Shown here piece after piece: positions 25,652 to 36,587 of a DNA stretch of 64,000 bases (its first letter is position 1; every line of letters starts with the position of its first letter). Origin of the DNA: Octopus sinensis. Taxonomy: Eukaryota. A program made the position numbers and the translations under genes. The notes under the pieces were generated by a model. The model ran no database searches. It was given only the letters and a program-made list of their open reading frames with translations, and was not told where the DNA came from. The stretch spans positions 30,628,001 to 30,692,000 of the forward strand of contig NC_043005.1 in assembly GCF_006345805.1 (NCBI RefSeq), written 5' to 3'.

Positions 25652-25652
<1 letters not shown>
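24813..25652 (+). mobile_element. Helitron family A deletion derivative carrying a helicase fragment
   Basis: 5' A|TC; 3' CCCGAGCAACGCCGGG..CTAG|T; contains the PIF1-type fragment below. Confidence 0.9.
25055..25576 (+). pseudogene. Helitron RepHel PIF1-like helicase fragment
   Basis: [60 protein letters not shown] are characteristic Helitron helicase motifs. Confidence 0.9.
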
Positions 25653-25711
<59 letters not shown>

Positions 25712-26597
25712 AAGCTGAAGTTGTCTGGATATATGTATGTATGTATGTGTGTGTGTGTATACGTATGTATGTGTAGAGACCTCTTTTGGCTCCACCTGAG
25801 TTTTGAAACTGAATGGGTAAATTTCCCCCTAACTATAGAGCCTTATTGTTCTGTTGAGGAACAATGTTGTTTTATTCAACCGATGGCCTTCCCAACATTT
25901 GATTGATGTATTTTCCTCTTGACCCATAACCCTTCTAGTTTGTAAAGGGTTTAAATAAATAATATAAGGGATCTTTACCCTTTCAACGGCAGATCGAGAA
26001 ATATATTTTTTGTAACTAAACACTTTCAACCTTCGGACACTAACCCTAACCCTAATGTGTCATATAAAACATATTTTACTTTTAATGTTACTCTTGACCG
26101 CCGCCATGCTGGAGCATCGTCTTTAATCGAGCAACTCGACCCCGGGACTTATTCTTTTTGTAAGCCCAGTACTTATTCTATCCTTAGCCAATCATATTGT
26201 CTGTTTTCATTTGAAATTATTAGCTGCATAGTGTTAATGTGACGTAGATAGCTATTTTGTGAGTGGGTAAGCAGTAAGCAAACAGCTGTGGTAGATGTGG
26301 TTATCATGGCAGTGGTGGTAGTGGTGACAGTGGATGTGTATGATGGCAGCAATTATAGTGTTGGTGTTTTTGTAGAGATGGTGGTGGTGGCGGCAGTGGA
26401 TGATGATGATAATGATGATGATAGTAGCAGTAGTAGCATTGATTATGTTAGGATGTCTCATAGATGGTAGTGTTGGTGTGTGTGTGTGTGTGTGTATGTA
26501 TGGATCAAAACAGTTTGATTCAAATTCTGTGGTTCTTATATATTCATACATACATATACATGTAGATGTATATAACATATATATATTGTATGTAAAC

Positions 26598-26644
<47 letters not shown>

Positions 26645-26909
26645 CAACAATTGAGGGTAAAATTAATTAATTAATCAATTTCACCAAGTATTCAGTATGC
26701 AAAGGGACCAATTAAGGCGAATTCAAATTATTACATTATATAAAAGGGCTTAGTAAAATAAATTACTTTGCCGCATACTGAACTCATTAGAAATAGCAGC
26801 TAAAAAAGTTTGTTGGCACTGTTAGTTACGAGCAGATCTTCAGAAGCGATAAGAAGCCGAAAGGGTATGCTCCCACTTTCAGTGTTTTCAAATCCAAACC
26901 AGGGAGTTC

Positions 26910-26962
26910 TGAGCTGATGATAGAAATGTCGAGTTTGACTAATCTTGAAACGTACGTTCTCA
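26910..26962 (+). ncRNA. type I hammerhead ribozyme motif, copy 1
   Basis: TGAG-CTGATGA-[stem II: AGA..GTC GAGTTT GAC..TCT, imperfect]-GAAAC-GTAC-GTT-CTCA. Stem I TGAG/CTCA; palindromic stem III AACGTACGTT; predicted cleavage after 26958. Confidence 0.75.
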
Positions 26963-27465
26963 AATAACCTTTGCATTTGATTTTTTAATGTCTCTACCCC
27001 CATATTTTCGTGAGTTGAATTGAGCAAACACTATATGAGAGAGGTTTTCTTTAGTATTAGAAATAGTTTTAAAAAAGTTTTTTTAGCTGCTATTTCTAAT
27101 GAGTTCAGTATGCGGCAAAGTAATTTATTTTACTAAGCCCTTTTATATAATGTAATAATTTGAATTCGCCTTAATTGGTCCCTTTGCATACTGAATACTT
27201 GGTGAAATTGATTAATTAATAATTTTACCCTCAATTGTTGAAATTATAATTCATCTCTCTCTATATAATGCCTCGGATTTTACCGAAAAAAGCATAGTGT
27301 TTACTGATTTTAACCCACGCTGGTGGAAAGGGGAGAGCAGAAATTCTTCGCTTGCATTTTTGAGTTTGTTGGCACTGTTAGTTTCGAGCAGATCTTCAGA
27401 AGCGATAAGAAGCCGAAAGGGTATGCTCCCACTTTCAGTGTTTTCAAATCCAAACCAGGGAGTTC

Positions 27466-27518
27466 TGAGCTGATGATAGAAATGTCGAGTTTGACTAATC
27501 TTGAAACGTACGTTCTCA
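27466..27518 (+). ncRNA. type I hammerhead ribozyme motif, copy 2
   Basis: Identical to copy 1; predicted cleavage after 27514. Confidence 0.75.
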
Positions 27519-28022
27519 AATAACCTTTGCATTTGATTTTTTAATGTCTCTACCCCCATACTTTCGTGGGTTGAATGAGCAAACACTATATGAGAGAGGT
27601 TTTCTTTAAGTATTAGAAATAGTTTTAAAAAAGTTTTTTTAGCTGCTATTTCTAATGAGTTCAGTATGCGGCAAAGTAATTTATTTTACTAAGCCCTTTT
27701 ATATAATGTAATAATTTGAATTCGCCTTAATTGGTCCCTTTGCATACTGAATACTTGGTGAAATTGATTAATTAATTAATTTTACCCTCAATTGTTGAAA
27801 TTATAATTCATCTCTCTCTATATAATGCCTCGGATTTTACCGAAAAAAGCATAGTGTTTACTGATTTTAACCCACGCTGGTGGAAAGGGGAGAGCAGAAA
27901 TTCTTCGCTTGCATTTTTGAGTTTGTTGGCACTGTTAGTTTCGAGCAGATCTTCAGAAGCGATAAGAAGCCGAAAGGGTATGCTCCCACTTTCAGTGTTT
28001 TCAAATCCAAACCAGGGAGTTC

Positions 28023-28075
28023 TGAGCTGATGATAGAAATGTCGAGTTTGACTAATCTTGAAACGTACGTTCTCA
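28023..28075 (+). ncRNA. type I hammerhead ribozyme motif, copy 3
   Basis: Identical to copy 1; predicted cleavage after 28071. Confidence 0.75.
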
Positions 28076-28581
28076 AATAACCTTTGCATTTGATTTTTTA
28101 ATGTCTCTACCCCCATACTTTCGTGGGTTGAATTGAGCAAACACTATATGAGAGAGGTTTTCTTTAAGTATTAGAAATAGTTTTTAAAAAGTTTTTTTTT
28201 AGCTACTATTTCTAATGATTCAGTATGCGGCAAAGTATTTATTTTACTAAGCCCTTTTATATAATGTAATAATTTGAATTCGCCTTAATTGGTCCCTTTG
28301 CATACTGAATACTTGGTGAAATTGATTAATTAATTAATTTTACCCTCAATTGTTGAAATTATAATTCATCTCTCTCTATATAATGCCTCGGATTTTACCG
28401 AAAAAAAGCATAGTGTTTACTGATTTTAACCCACGCTGGTGGAAAGGGGAGAGCAGAAATTCTTCGCTTGCATTTTTGAGTTTGTTGGCACTGTTAGTTT
28501 CGAGCAGATCTTCAGAAGCGATAAGAAGCCGAAAGGGTATGCTCCCACTTTCAGTGTTTTCAAATCCAAACCAGGGAGTTC

Positions 28582-28634
28582 TGAGCTGATGATAGAAATG
28601 TCGAGTTTGACTAATCTTGAAACGTACGTTCTCA
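28582..28634 (+). ncRNA. type I hammerhead ribozyme motif, copy 4
   Basis: Identical to copy 1; predicted cleavage after 28630. Confidence 0.75.
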
Positions 28635-28812
28635 AATAACCTTTGCATTTGATTTTTTAATGTCTCTACCCCCATACTTTCGTGGATTGAATTGAGCAAA
28701 CACTATATGAGAGAGGTTTTCTTTAAGTATTAGAAATAGTTTTAAAAAAGTTTTTTTAGCCGCTATTTCTAATGAGTTCAGTATGCGGCAAAGTAATTTT
28801 TTTTACTAAGCC

Positions 28813-28848
<36 letters not shown>

Positions 28849-28926
28849 GTATGCATCTATAATACACACACATTATAAATATATACACTATATGCATATG
28901 CATTAGAATATGTGTGTATAGGTATA

Positions 28927-28998
<72 letters not shown>

Positions 28999-29389
28999 TA
29001 TTATATATATATATGCATATGTTTGTATACATGTGTGTGTAGCTATTTAGGATCTACACAAATTTTATATATACTCCACGAAGTTTATGATAAGCGGAGA
29101 TGTTTACATTTTAGTTAGCTATTTACAGTCACAAAATAGCTGTTTACGTCACAGTAACAATATTTTGAGAAGCAGTAAATAATATGAGGCCGAAAGAAAG
29201 AATATCATTGGTTAAAATTCGAATTATTAAACAACGTTAAACTTAGAAATTACAATTCCGTTTTCATTTTGGGCTACAATTATGTTTTCTTTTGACACAT
29301 TCTACCAGTATACGAAGTTTCAAATTGTTTAGTTAACTAGGAAAATCTGGCTTTCAAAAAGAAAAGATCCAAAAAATGGGAAAAAAAAT

Positions 29390-29571
29390 GATGGTAAATT
29401 TTTTTTTAAATCGTTGACTCATCGTAGACGCACGCTAATACCCAGAAGGGCTCGATATGAATCACGACTATAAGATACCCGCTTTTGGTTACACTGCACG
29501 GCAAAATGTGGGAGTAGTTAGGAATCTAAATCGTAGGAGACAGACACACAACTTGACTTTTATATATAAAG

Positions 29572-29572
<1 letters not shown>
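29390..29572 (-). mobile_element. Helitron family A 5' portion
   Basis: Reverse complement of the 21890/24813 5' sequence (TCTTTATATATAAAAGTCAAGTTGTGTGTCTGTC..). Confidence 0.75.
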
Positions 29573-29606
<34 letters not shown>

Positions 29607-29640
29607 TGTATGTATGTATGTATGTATGTATGCATGCATG

Positions 29641-29866
29641 TGTAGTGGATGCGTGGATGTATTAATAAATACATAAGTGCTTTGTAATAAATTAAAGATT
29701 TATTATCACTACATCAATTTGTAAGCAATGTTACACATCGCTTGTACAAAATGCATATCAAATAGTGGTTGCAAATAATACATTTTAAAGGAATGCATAA
29801 TACAGGATACACATTAAAGCAGAATATGTTTGATGGTGTGTGTGTGTGTGTAAATCATGCAGTACA
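29641..29866 (-). repeat. 3' terminal repeat (the LTR may extend to 30219)
   Basis: Identical by eye to 34928-35153; contains AATAAA on the minus strand. Confidence 0.9.
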
Positions 29867-30219
29867 GAGTCACCTTTCTGAATATTCTTTCGTCGTCCTC
29901 ATAAATGCGTGACGTTCTCTTAAACGTTGGTTCGGCTTCTCTCCAGATACCTATTTCTCCGTTCTATTTATAACATCTCAAATAGCCAGAAAAATAGATA
30001 TACCGCAAGAGTGTTATTGCGTACAGTAGGTCGCTGGTCGTCCTGTTAAACTTCGCCTGACCTGCTCGGGTCAGAGGTCGAAGGGAGACGATCCATCATT
30101 TTTTGTCAGAACAAAGAGATTCTGATTTCGCGCCTTTTTGTGCATTGGTATTTTACGACCAATGATTCTTGGGTCTGATTTCGAATCCAAGCTTTGAGAA
30201 GGAAGTGCTAATTCTTACA

Positions 30220-30231
30220 CTACCCCCCTTC
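30220..30231 (-). promoter_or_regulatory. polypurine tract candidate
   Basis: Minus strand GAAGGGGGGTAG immediately followed by TGTAAG. Confidence 0.65.
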
Positions 30232-30791
30232 TAGTGAGAAAGCCACAGAGATCGAACGATATTGGAAATGTATTATTATTATTATTTTTATTATTTTTTT
30301 TTTTTTGATTGTGTGCATGTAGAAAAAAAATTTTTTTTTTACACATTGAACGATAAAAATATGGATGAAAGGTTTACAATTTGTATGTGCTATATGGTGG
30401 GCAATATGTATATGTGCCCAGGCAGAATTATGTTGGCGCGTTGAAAGAGATGTGCGTCTATTGATTACTCGACCTACTAGAGGTCTAATAGAGACAAGGT
30501 ATCTTTCAGTGGAGAAAAAAAAATCGAGTGATAGCACGCATGAGAACAAGATTTGTAAATGTGTGTGGATATACAGTTAGCAAAAAAATATATTTATGAG
30601 AAAGCAAACATTTTGAAAAGAAAACAAAAAATATGTACATGCAAAAATGAAAGAAATGTTCATCGGCAAAGTTCGATTTTGAAATGTTCCGTAAAAGTTC
30701 ATACAGACAGTTTTTGTTTTCATTTTTTTTTTTCTTTACGTACACAAATGTTCTTTGATTTCTCTGGGTGGGTGATGCAGTTATGTGTTCA

Positions 30792-33338
30792 TTAGGAAGA
30801 TGGATACGTTAGGAGTTCAGAACTTACCCGAAAAACTTGCACAAACCTTGCTGGCCATCGAACTGTTCTTCCTGATTTGGTGTGTCGGGGTTGTGCAGCA
30901 TCTGTGGTGTTCGCTGGAGTTGCCGAGTCTGTTTGAGGAAAAGAGGGGACTGAATGTAAGTCCTCCTCGATGAAAGCTTTTTTTAAACGATCAATCGAGA
31001 CCGTATTTCGTTTACCTCCAATATCGAGGACGAAATACTTGGGTTCTCTTTTGATGACCTTGTAGGGCCCGGAATATGGTGGTCGAAGTTGAGAGGGTAT
31101 CCCATCATTCCTCACGAAGACATGAGTCCATGTGTTGATATCTTTTGGGACACGTGAAACGACGTTCTGTTGTCTGGGGCCTGAGGGTGATACTTGCGAC
31201 ATGGATGTTCGTAATCGGTGCACATATTGTTGTGGGTCAGGGAAGTTTTGTGAAACAGGTTCGATCATCTGCCCAGGTAAGGTGAGTGTTGTGCCATAAA
31301 CGAGTTCGGCCGGAGTATATCCCAGTTCTTCCTTAATCGTGGATCGAATTCCAAGGAGGATGAGAGGGAGATGTTCCAACCAGTGAGAACTGTCTGGAGC
31401 TGCTTTTATAGATGCCTTGAGTTGGCGGTGAAAGCGTTCCACCATGCCATTTGCTGCAGGGTGGTAAGCTGTAGTGCGGGTGTGTTTACACCCGAGGAGA
31501 CGAGTCAGCTCGGTGAAAAGGTGGGAATCGAACTGACGTCCTCTGTCGGTGGTAATTGTTGCGGGTGTGCCAAAACGCGAAACCCATTGTGATATCAGCG
31601 TTTTAGCGACCGTTTCTGCTGATATATCAGATAGGGGCCAGGCTTCGGGCCATCGCGAGAACCTATCTACGCAAGTTAGCAAATATGAATAGTTCTGCGA
31701 AGGTGGCAGGGGTCCAACGATATCAATGTGAACGTGCTGAAATCGTGCATCGGGCTGCGAAAATGAACCGATTGGTGATTTTATGTGCCGGTGGATTTTC
31801 GCTTTTTGGCACGCAACACAGCACTTGGTCCATTCTCTGATATCCTTGTTGATACTGGTCCACACAAAACGGGTCGATATTAGCTTTTGAGTGGAGCGAA
31901 TACCAGGATGTGACAGAGAATGTAGAGCGGAGAAAACTTCTCGACGATATTTCTGTGGTACATAAGGGCGTTGGTAACCAGTGGAAATATCACACCAAAT
32001 ATGGGCTGTGGATGATGGTAGTGGAACATGCTGAAATTTCAGAGATGACGAATTCCGGAGCTTTAGAAGTTCTTCGTCATTCTCCTGGTCAGCTGCTATA
32101 CGTGCCAGATCAATTGTAGACGTGGTGTGGATAGCATTGATCTGCGCACGTGAAAGTGCATCGGCTGCCACGTTGGTCGTCCCTTTGATGTGGCGTATAT
32201 CCGTCGTGTACTGCGATATGAAGTCGAGGTGACGAATTTCTCTCGGCGAATGGCGATCCGGTTTGGTGTTAAATGCGTATACTAATGGCTTGTGGTCGGT
32301 ATATATGGCAAAATTGGTACCTTCTAGCATATGACGGAAATGCTTAACGGCCAGGTATGCCGCCAATAATTCCCGACTGAATGTGCTGTATTTGGTTTCC
32401 GCGGGTTTTAACCGCTTAGAAAAGAAAGACAACGGTTGCCATATACCGTCAACAAGCTGTTGTAGCACACCTCCGATTCCGGAATCGGATGCATCAACGA
32501 GTAAACATCGTGGGGCGTCTGGTTTTGGATAAACCAACATGGTAGCGCTAGATAACGCTTTTTTCAGGGCAGCGAAAGAAACGAGTTGATCTTCGGTCAG
32601 AGCTATATCTGCGTTTTTGCAGGTTCGCTGACGTAGCAAATCCGTGAGCGGTTGCGCTATTTCAGCGAGGTGGGGCACGAACCGTCGATAGAAATTCGCT
32701 AGACCGAGATATTCCCTTAATTTGCGGAGAGATGTGGGTGGTGGAAAATCCACGATGGCCTTGACTTTCTCGGGAAGGGGACGAATTCCATTTTTATCGA
32801 CTATATGGCCGAGAAAATGAAGGGAAGCAACTCCGAACAAACATTTAGTAGGGTTGATAACAATTCCGAATTTACGTAAACGTTCGAATAGCAGGTGAAG
32901 GTGTTGATTATGCTCTTCGTCCGAGTTACTGGCCACGAGTATGTCGTCTATGTAGGCATAGACGAAAGGCAAACCTCTAGTCACCATGTCGATAAACCTT
33001 TGGAATGTCTGTGCCGCGTTTCGTAAACCGAAAGGCATACGCAGGAATTCAAACATTCCGAAAGGTGTAGTCACTGCTGTCTTTGAGATGTCTGCAGGTT
33101 CGACTGGGATTTGGTTGTATGCTCGCACCAGGTCGATTTTTGAAAAGATGCGAGCTCCATGCAGCGAGCTCGAAAAGTCCTGAAGAAAAGGCACCGGATA
33201 GGCATCACTGATAGTGCTTTTATTCAGTGATCGATAATCGCCGCAAACCCGCCAATCGGTCGATGATTTTTTTGGGACGCAGTGTATCGGCGAGGACCAG
33301 TTGCTGCTGGAAACGCGGATGATTCCGAGGTCGAGCAT
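30792..33338 (-). CDS. pol: Pol: reverse transcriptase, RNase H, integrase
   Basis: RT ([42 protein letters not shown]), RNase H ([23 protein letters not shown]), integrase HHCC and DDE ([26 protein letters not shown]). Separated from the protease frame by a 1-bp deletion near 33347. Confidence 0.95.
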   Translation of the reverse strand: MLDLGIIRVSSSNWSSPIHCVPKKSSTDWRVCGDYRSLNKSTISDAYPVPFLQDFSSSLHGARIFSKIDLVRAYNQIPVEPADISKTAVTTPFGMFEFLRMPFGLRNAAQTFQRFIDMVTRGLPFVYAYIDDILVASNSDEEHNQHLHLLFERLRKFGIVINPTKCLFGVASLHFLGHIVDKNGIRPLPEKVKAIVDFPPPTSLRKLREYLGLANFYRRFVPHLAEIAQPLTDLLRQRTCKNADIALTEDQLVSFAALKKALSSATMLVYPKPDAPRCLLVDASDSGIGGVLQQLVDGIWQPLSFFSKRLKPAETKYSTFSRELLAAYLAVKHFRHMLEGTNFAIYTDHKPLVYAFNTKPDRHSPREIRHLDFISQYTTDIRHIKGTTNVAADALSRAQINAIHTTSTIDLARIAADQENDEELLKLRNSSSLKFQHVPLPSSTAHIWCDISTGYQRPYVPQKYRREVFSALHSLSHPGIRSTQKLISTRFVWTSINKDIREWTKCCVACQKAKIHRHIKSPIGSFSQPDARFQHVHIDIVGPLPPSQNYSYLLTCVDRFSRWPEAWPLSDISAETVAKTLISQWVSRFGTPATITTDRGRQFDSHLFTELTRLLGCKHTRTTAYHPAANGMVERFHRQLKASIKAAPDSSHWLEHLPLILLGIRSTIKEELGYTPAELVYGTTLTLPGQMIEPVSQNFPDPQQYVHRLRTSMSQVSPSGPRQQNVVSRVPKDINTWTHVFVRNDGIPSQLRPPYSGPYKVIKREPKYFVLDIGGKRNTVSIDRLKKAFIEEDLHSVPSFPQTDSATPANTTDAAQPRHTKSGRTVRWPARFVQVFRVSSELLTYPSS

Positions 33339-33958
33339 GTGCTGGAATCCCGCTTGACGGCCTGGAGACGATCAGGTGGTAACCTTCTGGGCCTTGCAGC
33401 AACAGGTGGACCGCTGGTTTTGATGTGGTGGGTAACGTCGTGCTTTATCGGCTGGTTATGAAAAACTGGCCGGGCGACATCTGGATAATCATTCAGGATG
33501 GAACTGTGACGAGTCGTTGTCGTAAGCATTACAGTTGGGCTGACTGTGTCCATTCGAGCGGCTATACCGCGCACAGTAAGCTTGGTGGTGGTGTCGACAA
33601 GTCGTCTGTTCTTTATGTCTACCAGGAGACCGAAATGATGCAGGAAATCGGCTCCTAAGATAGGGGTCGGCAGTTTAGCGACGACGAATACCCACTGAAA
33701 TGTGCGGCGTAGTCCTATGTTTAATGTTAGGGACTGTTCACCGTAGGTTGGAATGGGTGAATGGTTGACTGCCTGAAGACAGACTGATGTCTCTTTTCTT
33801 TTTCCAGAAGTGTTGGAGACTGGGATGATGCTGACTTCCGCACCTGTGTCAACCAGGAAACGCGTGCCTGTTACACGATCGCAAACGAAAAACAGGCGAC
33901 TGTGTGGGTGCGAACCAGGAACTTCCGTCGCGTTCAATTCCTGGCTGTGCCGTTTCCC
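33224..33958 (-). CDS. pol: Pol N-terminal part: aspartic protease
   Basis: [13 protein letters not shown] and PILGADFL motifs; reached from gag by a -1 frameshift; runs out of frame after RLQAVKR. Confidence 0.9.
   Translation of the reverse strand, partial: GKRHSQELNATEVPGSHPHSRLFFVCDRVTGTRFLVDTGAEVSIIPVSNTSGKRKETSVCLQAVNHSPIPTYGEQSLTLNIGLRRTFQWVFVVAKLPTPILGADFLHHFGLLVDIKNRRLVDTTTKLTVRGIAARMDTVSPTVMLTTTTRHSSILNDYPDVARPVFHNQPIKHDVTHHIKTSGPPVAARPRRLPPDRLQAVKRDSSTCSTSESSAFPAATGPRRYTASQKNHRPIGGFAAIIDH
33914..33958 (-). promoter_or_regulatory. -1 programmed ribosomal frameshift signal
   Basis: Slippery heptamer G GGA AAC in the gag frame (33958-33952), a 6-nt spacer, then a 9-bp stem GCCAGGAAT/GTTCCTGGT. 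The -1 frame is the protease frame. Confidence 0.8.
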
Positions 33959-34809
33959 GAACTGGGTGAGGAAAACGAGCACGGTACCGTACATTTTTGT
34001 GCCCGTGTTCCGAATGTTCGGTGGTACCAACACGTGTCATGTGAGTTTCGGGTAGCACTGGGGCTTCGAGACCGTCTGCCATCTCGTCGAGATCGGCTGG
34101 TGCTTCGACGCTGAGGACTAAACTTTAGGGCTTGTATTTGGGCTGTGAGAATTTGTATTTGCGCAGCTTGCTGCGTCATTAATGCACGCAAATCCGAAAT
34201 CTCTGAAGAACTGGTTTGTGCACGGAAAGGATTGGTACTGGGAGCGGCTGGCGTCACCGTCGATACCGTTGGATATCTGTGCGGTACTTCGGCTATTTTG
34301 TCAGCTAGCTCCGCCAGTTCTTCAAGGGATGTGTTTTCTCTGGTGGACGCGAGAACAACCTGGGTATTGGAGGGCAGACGCTGGAGAAAAAGTTGCTTGA
34401 AGATTTTTTCTGGGAGCGTCTCATCTCCGAGAAGCTGTTTCATTCTCCGAAGAAGCTGGGACGGCGTTTTGTCACCCAATTCTTCCGATATCAGAAGCTG
34501 GTGAAGTCTTTTTTGTTGGGATTCTGAGGTTCTGTTTATTAACGTGGTTTTAAAAACTTCATATGAAACAGAACCGGGTGGTGCCATGATAAGGTCGCGT
34601 ATCACGTTCGTTATTTCTGGTGACAGAGAACTGATAACGTGAGAAAGTCGAGCCGCATCGCTCGATATTCTGTGAGAGGCAAACTGTGCCTCTATATGGT
34701 GAAACCACAATGTCGGGTCGTGGGTCCAGAATGGTGGAATTTTTAACGAGATCGCCGCTTGGAATGCCATGTCGATGTTGGCCGCTGGGTTTTGTTCCGG
34801 GAGATTCAT
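33934..34809 (-). CDS. gag: Gag with CHCC motif
   Basis: 291 aa; KIPPFWTHDPTLWF..E.QF; ELGDKTPSQLLRRM; CWYHRTFGTRAQKCTVPC = CX2HX9CX3C. Confidence 0.95.
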   Translation of the reverse strand: MNLPEQNPAANIDMAFQAAISLKIPPFWTHDPTLWFHHIEAQFASHRISSDAARLSHVISSLSPEITNVIRDLIMAPPGSVSYEVFKTTLINRTSESQQKRLHQLLISEELGDKTPSQLLRRMKQLLGDETLPEKIFKQLFLQRLPSNTQVVLASTRENTSLEELAELADKIAEVPHRYPTVSTVTPAAPSTNPFRAQTSSSEISDLRALMTQQAAQIQILTAQIQALKFSPQRRSTSRSRRDGRRSRSPSATRNSHDTCWYHRTFGTRAQKCTVPCSFSSPSSGNGTARN

Positions 34810-34914
34810 TGTTTTTGTCGGAATTTTCAGTTGCTTCGTTGCTGGTGATGTGCAAACTGTAATTCTTCGACGCGGTTGATGAAGCTGGTTCCAGGGAAGG
34901 CGCGATTCGTTTTA

Positions 34915-34925
34915 CGGGGTCACCA
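34915..34925 (-). promoter_or_regulatory. primer binding site (tRNA-Trp type)
   Basis: TGGTGACCCCG, 2 nt after the 5' LTR, complementary to the 3' end of eukaryotic tRNA-Trp (..CGGGGTCACCA). Confidence 0.85.
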
Positions 34926-34927
34926 AA

Positions 34928-35153
34928 TGTAGTGGATGCGTGGATGTATTAATAAATACATAAGTGCTTTGTAATAAATTAAAGATTTATTATCACTACA
35001 TCAATTTGTAAGCAATGTTACACATCGCTTGTACAAAATGCATATCAAATAGTGGTTGCAAATAATACATTTTAAAGGAATGCATAATACAGGATACACA
35101 TTAAAGCAGAATATGTTTGATGGTGTGTGTGTGTGTGTAAATCATGCAGTACA
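34928..35153 (-). repeat. 5' LTR (226 bp)
   Basis: TGTACTGC..CCACTACA on the minus strand. Confidence 0.92.
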
Positions 35154-35388
35154 CATGTATGTATGCATTTGTTTCTTTGTGTTTGCCCTCCCCCCATCGC
35201 TTGACAACCGATGTTGATGTGTTTACATCCCCGTAACTTAGTGGTTCGGCATAAAAGGCCAATAAAATAAATACTAGGCTGACAAAGAATAAGTCCCGGG
35301 GTAAGTTTGTTCGACTAAAGGTGGTGCTCCAGCATGGCCGCAGTCAAATGACTGAAACAAGTAAAAGTATAAAAGAATTAATTGACCA

Positions 35389-36587
35389 TGTTATTTATCT
35401 TGAAGTTGTAGAGAATACGACCGTATGTTGAGGTTGGTGACATAGATAAGTCACACGGTCGCATTCCTAGCGAAATAAGATAAGCCATTAATACAATTTT
35501 ATACAATGCAATGCCAACATAATATAGATAAATTGACTACAAGGCCGTTCCACTGTTTGAGAGAAGATAAGCTCTTTATTTACAATGGTGTTAATGTTAG
35601 AAGGTTGTGAGTGCTAGCAAGCGTTGTGTACGTGTGTGTGCATGCAACACGTGTTTGTGTCTGTGTGTTCGTGTGTATGACAGATACAATAAGGGCGAAT
35701 GTGTGTGGCATAGAAAAGTACAGAGCATAGAGTTCATAATGGAGATTGATTAACTGTTCTGAGGTACACGAAGTGTAAGAGTTCGATATCAGGATGTTGT
35801 GTCTTGGGCGGAGGCCGGTCGGGCGAATTATTGTCAAGCCGCGGTCGTGGTCTCAAATCGGCGAGCTGATTCTCCGGATATAGATTTCTTCAGATGGACT
35901 GTTTCTACTTGGTGAAGGCCTTCACTCTAACAGCGTGGTTCTGTGATGTTGGTGTGTACATGTCTGAAGTGGACGATGATGATGGCGACGGTAGCGGAGA
36001 TAGTAGGCTTTCTGTTGCGGGTGTACATTAGCGTCGTCGTGGCTGATCGTCTGTCGTGGCTGATCGTCTGTCGTGGCTGATCGTCTGTCGTGGCTGATCG
36101 TCTGTCGTGGCTGATCGTCTGTCGTGGCTGATCGTCTGTCGTGGCTGATCGTCTGTCGTCTGTGACTGGAACATGTTGAGTAGCTCTGTGATCAGAGGTT
36201 CAGTCCTTACAAGGATTGGAAACCAAAGACCCTTGGTGAAGGGATTCACTCCCTTATATACAAGTAAGGTGGATCAAACAAGCTTAAGAAATGGGACCTT
36301 AACCAAAGGCCTTGATTGGTTGGCTTTGGCCAGTGGCGCGAAATAAGTAGAGACAAATCGTGCCACATGTCAACCAATCAGGTTAGTGGTTACAACAGGA
36401 ACAACTCGGCCAAAGATGGCCGTAATCTCAAACGAGATCATTCCTGCCGTGTTTCTCAAACAGTGAGGATATCAGAGACTGCTACAAAGTTATAGTATGA
36501 GATATTCTACAATGAATATACGGTGCTACTTTGGTATGCGATATACGTGTCAGGAAACTGCTTTGGTATGCGATCTACACTCAGGCA
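35389..36587 (-). mobile_element. probable solo LTR (~1.2 kb)
   Basis: Minus strand TG..ACA ends, CCAAT-type motifs, TATATAAG and downstream AATAAA. ATTGA direct repeats at 35381-35385 and 36588-36592, offset by 3 nt. No coding sequence. Confidence 0.5.
36036..36154. repeat. 17-bp minisatellite, 7 perfect copies (GTCGTGGCTGATCGTCT)
   Basis: Direct count; no spacers. Confidence 0.95.

Larger units (their letters stand above)
26641..28822 (+). mobile_element. tandem array of ~557-bp hammerhead-containing units with an inverted head (Penelope-like/retrozyme-like)
   Basis: 26641-26806 is the reverse complement of 27079-27244. Units recur at 556, 557 and 559 bp spacing; the last is truncated in (TA)n. 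One hammerhead motif per unit. Confidence 0.85.
29641..35153 (-). mobile_element. Ty3/Gypsy LTR retrotransposon, CsRn1-like clade, very recent insertion
   Basis: Terminal 226-bp direct repeats (TG..CA) that appear identical, 4-bp TSD CATG (29637-29640, 35154-35157), tRNA-Trp-type PBS, CHCC Gag motif, PR-RT-RH-IN order. Confidence 0.96.

Noticed and set aside
26041-26055. Telomere-like TAACCCTAACCCTAA
   Set aside because: Only 2.5 units within a repeat fragment; not an interstitial telomere array.
26800-28699. Repeated 66-111 aa ORFs in the 557-bp array
   Set aside because: No recognisable domain, variable or non-ATG starts, and frame changes between units. The hammerhead explains the repeat better.
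30220-30549. Possible env-like third ORF of the Gypsy element
   Set aside because: Short, low-complexity and AT-rich, with no signal peptide or TM architecture; treated as 3' UTR.
36036-36154. CRISPR-like array
   Set aside because: Contiguous identical 17-mers without spacers, no cas genes, eukaryotic context.
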